A stretch of DNA of 64,000 bases from the NCBI GenBank assembly GCA_012295275.1, contig CM022679.1, positions 27,528,001 to 27,592,000 of the forward strand. The letters are read 5' to 3'. Under the pieces are notes generated by a model. It saw only the letters and a list, made by a program, of their open reading frames with translations, made no database searches and was not told where the DNA came from. The DNA is from Chrysomallon squamiferum. Its lineage: Eukaryota; Animalia; Mollusca. The position numbers and the translations under genes are program-made. Below are positions 42,945 through 64,000 of this stretch, in pieces; the stretch's first letter is position 1, and each line of letters begins with the position of its first letter.

Positions 42945-44033
42945 GCTGCTGTTGTTTTTATTGTTATTGTTGAAATAATAATAGTAATAATAATAATAAT
43001 AATAATTATTATTATTATTATTTTGATTATTTTAAAGATTCTGATGCAGACGGAAGTACAAACAACTGTAGTAAGAATGCTGATTGTATAGACACAGATG
43101 GATCATATATGTGTACTTGTCATACTGGATACAGTGGACATGGATTTACCTGTACAGGTAAACTAAATAGTTTTGGGTACTACGCAATATTCCTCTGGAC
43201 AATTAAATCGTTTTCCCATCTGCATTGAGATACAGTAGAAGAAATATTAGTAACAGTAGCAACAACAGTAGTAGTAGTTGTAGTAGTAATACCAAGAGTA
43301 CTAATAGCAATACATATTATTTTACATTACAGTTTTTTCTAATCAAGAGCTGATAGTTTCTTTGGCACTCACAACTGGAATATTGGCTCAGCTGTTACTT
43401 GTTTCTATTACTGTTATACTTATGTAAGTAACTGAAATGTAAAGTTATTAAATTGCTATCAGTATGATTAGTGTTTACCGAATAAATAAATTGACGTAGT
43501 CGTAATAAACTGGAAGCGTTTCTCTGAAGCGTTTGTGTCAAGCGATTTTGACTTTCTATTTTGTCTTTTCTTTTCTTTATTTTTCTTTTTTTCTTTTTAA
43601 TTAATTCTGTCATTAATTTATATTCATTAGTAAGGATTAATGCTGTCTCAGATGTTAATAAAACACATATTTATAACGTATTGCTAACTACCTTAGAAAT
43701 CAAATCAGAAACAATACTTTAATAACTTAATACTCTTTAAAATATAATAATGATAAGCAGTTATAAAAAATGAAACAAGTATTTGTTTCGATTAAAAAGA
43801 AAAACAGTTACAAACAATCTGACTGTACATAAATTAATTCAGTTATTAATTTTAGACTCATAAAAAGAAAAAAGCGAAGGACCCCAAATGGAAATTTGGA
43901 AAAAGAAAAAGAAGAACATCACACAAGAAACTTGTATTTTTCTCAGGAGATGTGTACGAGTCCTGTTTTTGAAAACATTTACGTGAACGCTCAATTTGAA
44001 ACAGAAAACCAACAGACAGACGGCAATATGTAA
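41405..44033 (+). CDS. Gene D: divergent paralog (signal peptide, N-terminal half of F-type lectin, two degenerate Ca-binding-type EGF exons, TM, truncated Tyr-motif tail); about 248 aa; may be a decaying gene
   Basis: Exons on plus strand: 41405-41468 (MSSSFFFSVLILLVQQTFAEF), 42283-42486 (VNVALRKPAYQ...AVDG...TWWKVDL), 42713-42802 (VDECKSSNCVGNDDCE...), 43038-43157 (NCSKNADCIDTDGSYMCTCHTGYSGHGFTCT), 43333-43423 (TM homologous to gene C), 43856-44033 (tail homologous to gene C, TAA at 44031-44033). GT-AG introns with an open frame throughout; 747 nt. Confidence 0.75.
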
Positions 44034-46051
44034 GATAACCTGCACCGTGGAGAAAATTCATGTTATGACGTCATGACGTTGTAACAAAAATATGCCCAAT
44101 TTCACAGACACACTGACAAATTGAACTGGTATCTGGATTTATATAAACAAACAAATACATAAATAAGTAAATAAATAAACACACACACAAACAAACAATC
44201 TGTATATGTATGTAAATAATGAACAATGGCGACAGATAATTTTTTCTTGCCAAAAATATCAAATAAATTAAAGCTACCGAAATGTTATGCTTGTGACATC
44301 GCATATGTTCATGTTCTTAAAAATTTGTATTTAAAAAATAGTTTGTTGATAGTTTTACATTTATGTTCTGGAAAATTATACTTCGTTCATTTCAAATAAA
44401 TTAGTTTTACTAATAATATTTAACAATTTATGTTATTGTTGTTTTTCTGGGTTTTTTTATTTCTGTATATCTCTGTGTGTAAATAATTTATTTTGATTTT
44501 CATTTATATTTGAATATATAATTCTGTATTTCTTCTTTTTATTGAAAGAACGTTTGACATTTTTGAATTTAAAATGAACCAATACATTTTTCTATTTATC
44601 TATAAAAAAAATGATATTTCAAGATTTTATTTTCTTCTTATTTCTCATTAGAAGCAACAACAACACGAAACGACAATAAGAATAATAATAATGATGATGA
44701 TGATGATAATGATAATAGTAACCAAGAGACCTTTCATTTTCTTCAGTGATTGTTTTCGCAGTAATTCGTCTGTGGAATAACATTTTGAGGTTGTTGTTGT
44801 TGTTGTTGAACTGTTAATATTAAAATCTTCAGAAATATTTAATACCAAGCTATATTTGTATTGCTGTTCTGTTGCTGATCATTAATATTTTAAACTGAGT
44901 ATATTGTTGAACATTTAGAACATTTTGTTTTGTATTTTTGATGCCTGTAACTTTTCATGCTATAATGTTTGCTTATTTTGTTCAGATGTTTTGTTCTGCT
45001 TATATCTAGTATTTAACTATGTCTTTATTAGAATAAAAATACATTGAACTCAACAATTTGATTGCGAATATGTACAATTTAACAATGCTTTATTAGATTA
45101 CAAATTTGTAGAAATTACCTATATATATATAAATGATATAAATATATATGAGATGACTAGCATTTTAACTATGACTTTGTCTTGCAAATAAGTATAATTT
45201 AAATAAATAAATAAATAAATAAATAGTATTTCAAACCTTTTGTGTGTGATTTTAGCCGAGTCCTCATTTTTGTGATTTCCTTTCACTCGTTACACTTACG
45301 GAGTAATGAAATCTTATATTATCATTATTTATTAAGTCAGTTATTGGAGACTTCAATACTTTTTGTATTCTTGTTTGTAATTGATTTCTTGGAATAATGA
45401 ACAACGAACGTCTAATCAGTTTCCAAATATTTGCGCTTAATAAATATATAATCATTTATTTTTCTCTACTCCAAGGTATTTCATAAGTTTCTTCTATCAC
45501 TGTTATTTTAATACCGTATTGTATATATTCATTTATTTTATTAAGTCGATATATTACAATGATTCTTTTTAATGCATTTGTAAAGACATTTTCTTTAAAA
45601 CTACAAACAAGTTTGTTGAATTGAAATAAAGCATATTTTAACACACAACAACCTGATGTTTTACAAAAGACTGTATTCCAAAGACAGTTCGAAGACAGGG
45701 GTTAAGAAGTTACTGTTTCATTATGTGTTTGCAGCATATGTGAAGTGCACGTCCTCAAAGACGTCGTGTCACAAAGCAGATGTCATACCTGACAGCAAGG
45801 TGAGTACGACTCTCATTCCGAATCTCATTTCTCTGTATTCATATATTTGTGAGTCACGAATAAACAAATAAATAACAAGGAAACCAATGACCAATAAATA
45901 AAAAATTGTATAAATAAAAGTAATAATAATAATATTAATAATAATAAAAGTATTAATAATCTTAATAATAATAATACAAAATATATAATATGTATATGAT
46001 AATATAAATAAATATCGATCAATAAATAAATAAAGAAACAAACAAACAAAA

Positions 46052-46101
<50 letters not shown>

Positions 46102-46533
46102 CACTAAAACAATGTATGAAAGTATAAAAGTTTTATTTCTGACCGATCTACCTTTTTTATTGTCATTTTATTTGAGAGCGTAATACACCACTGACGTAAA
46201 TGAACCATCTAATGATGGAGATAACTGTCACTTAGATTCCTACGAAGCATCCATAAAACTCTGAAGTTGTAAACAACTGGTAGTGATATATATACATATA
46301 TATACGATAGAACACAGTATATAAATCTAAGGAAATAAGGATGTCATGTACTAGATCACTGACTAGAAACGGAAGAAAATAAATCTCACTCTGTAATGTG
46401 ATAACAGTTTTTGATTCATAGAAAAATAGTCTACTGGAAAGCGTGGTATATAATATAAATATATAATTTATTAAATCTTTTCTTTCTTTTTTATAAATAA
46501 ATAAATATATAAATAATAATACTATTAATAATC

Positions 46534-46580
<47 letters not shown>

Positions 46581-46730
46581 TATAACAAAAGTAAAATAAT
46601 TAAAGAAATAAATACAAATAGAATAAACTACTACTACTACTACAACTACTACTACTAATAAGAATAATAAACGACGTGGTAGACGTGTCTCCAAATCTCC
46701 ATGGAAACTGGCAGATGACTGAATGTGGTT

Positions 46731-63807
<17,077 letters not shown>

Positions 63808-64000
63808 CCTGGTCTCGTTCAAACAACAAGTGTTGTACAACTAGGAAGTTTAACTCGATATGTAAATATTACAATTTCCGTTTGTTATAACGACGGTTCA
63901 TTCTGGAACAAGTACTTTTCTGCGCATTGTCTAATTTAGTTGTTTCAGGTTTCTCCCATGATAATAATAAAAATATATAAAAACAACAAAAATAAGAAAG

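Overview
AT-rich, microsatellite-laden eukaryotic genomic DNA. It is most likely an invertebrate, probably a gastropod mollusc, judged from repeat style and gene content (inference). Most entries in the ORF track are microsatellite artefacts; the real genes are spliced and were reconstructed by hand from GT-AG boundaries and reading-frame continuity. The window holds a cluster of four paralogous type I membrane receptors that share a signal-peptide exon and F-type lectin (fucolectin/FTP) sequence. Gene B (minus, 27606->10191, about 1165 aa) and gene E (minus, 63807->46731, about 1259 aa) are F-lectin + EGF-array + TM receptor tyrosine phosphatases with an intact-looking D1 and a degenerate D2. 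Gene C (minus, 40137->29805, about 569 aa) has the same ectodomain plan but a short tail carrying tyrosine motifs (ITIM/ITAM-like) instead of phosphatase domains. Gene D (plus, 41405->44033, about 248 aa) sits head-to-head with C and has half an F-lectin domain, degenerate calcium-binding-type EGFs and a C-like tail cut by a stop codon at the ITIM tyrosine. An isolated PAN/Apple-like exon lies at the left edge. The arrangement looks like a paired-receptor glycan-recognition locus diversifying by exon duplication, exon loss and inter-paralog exchange. Other oddities are an inverted copy of a catalytic exon inside an intron of E and a minisatellite that multiplies a splice donor.
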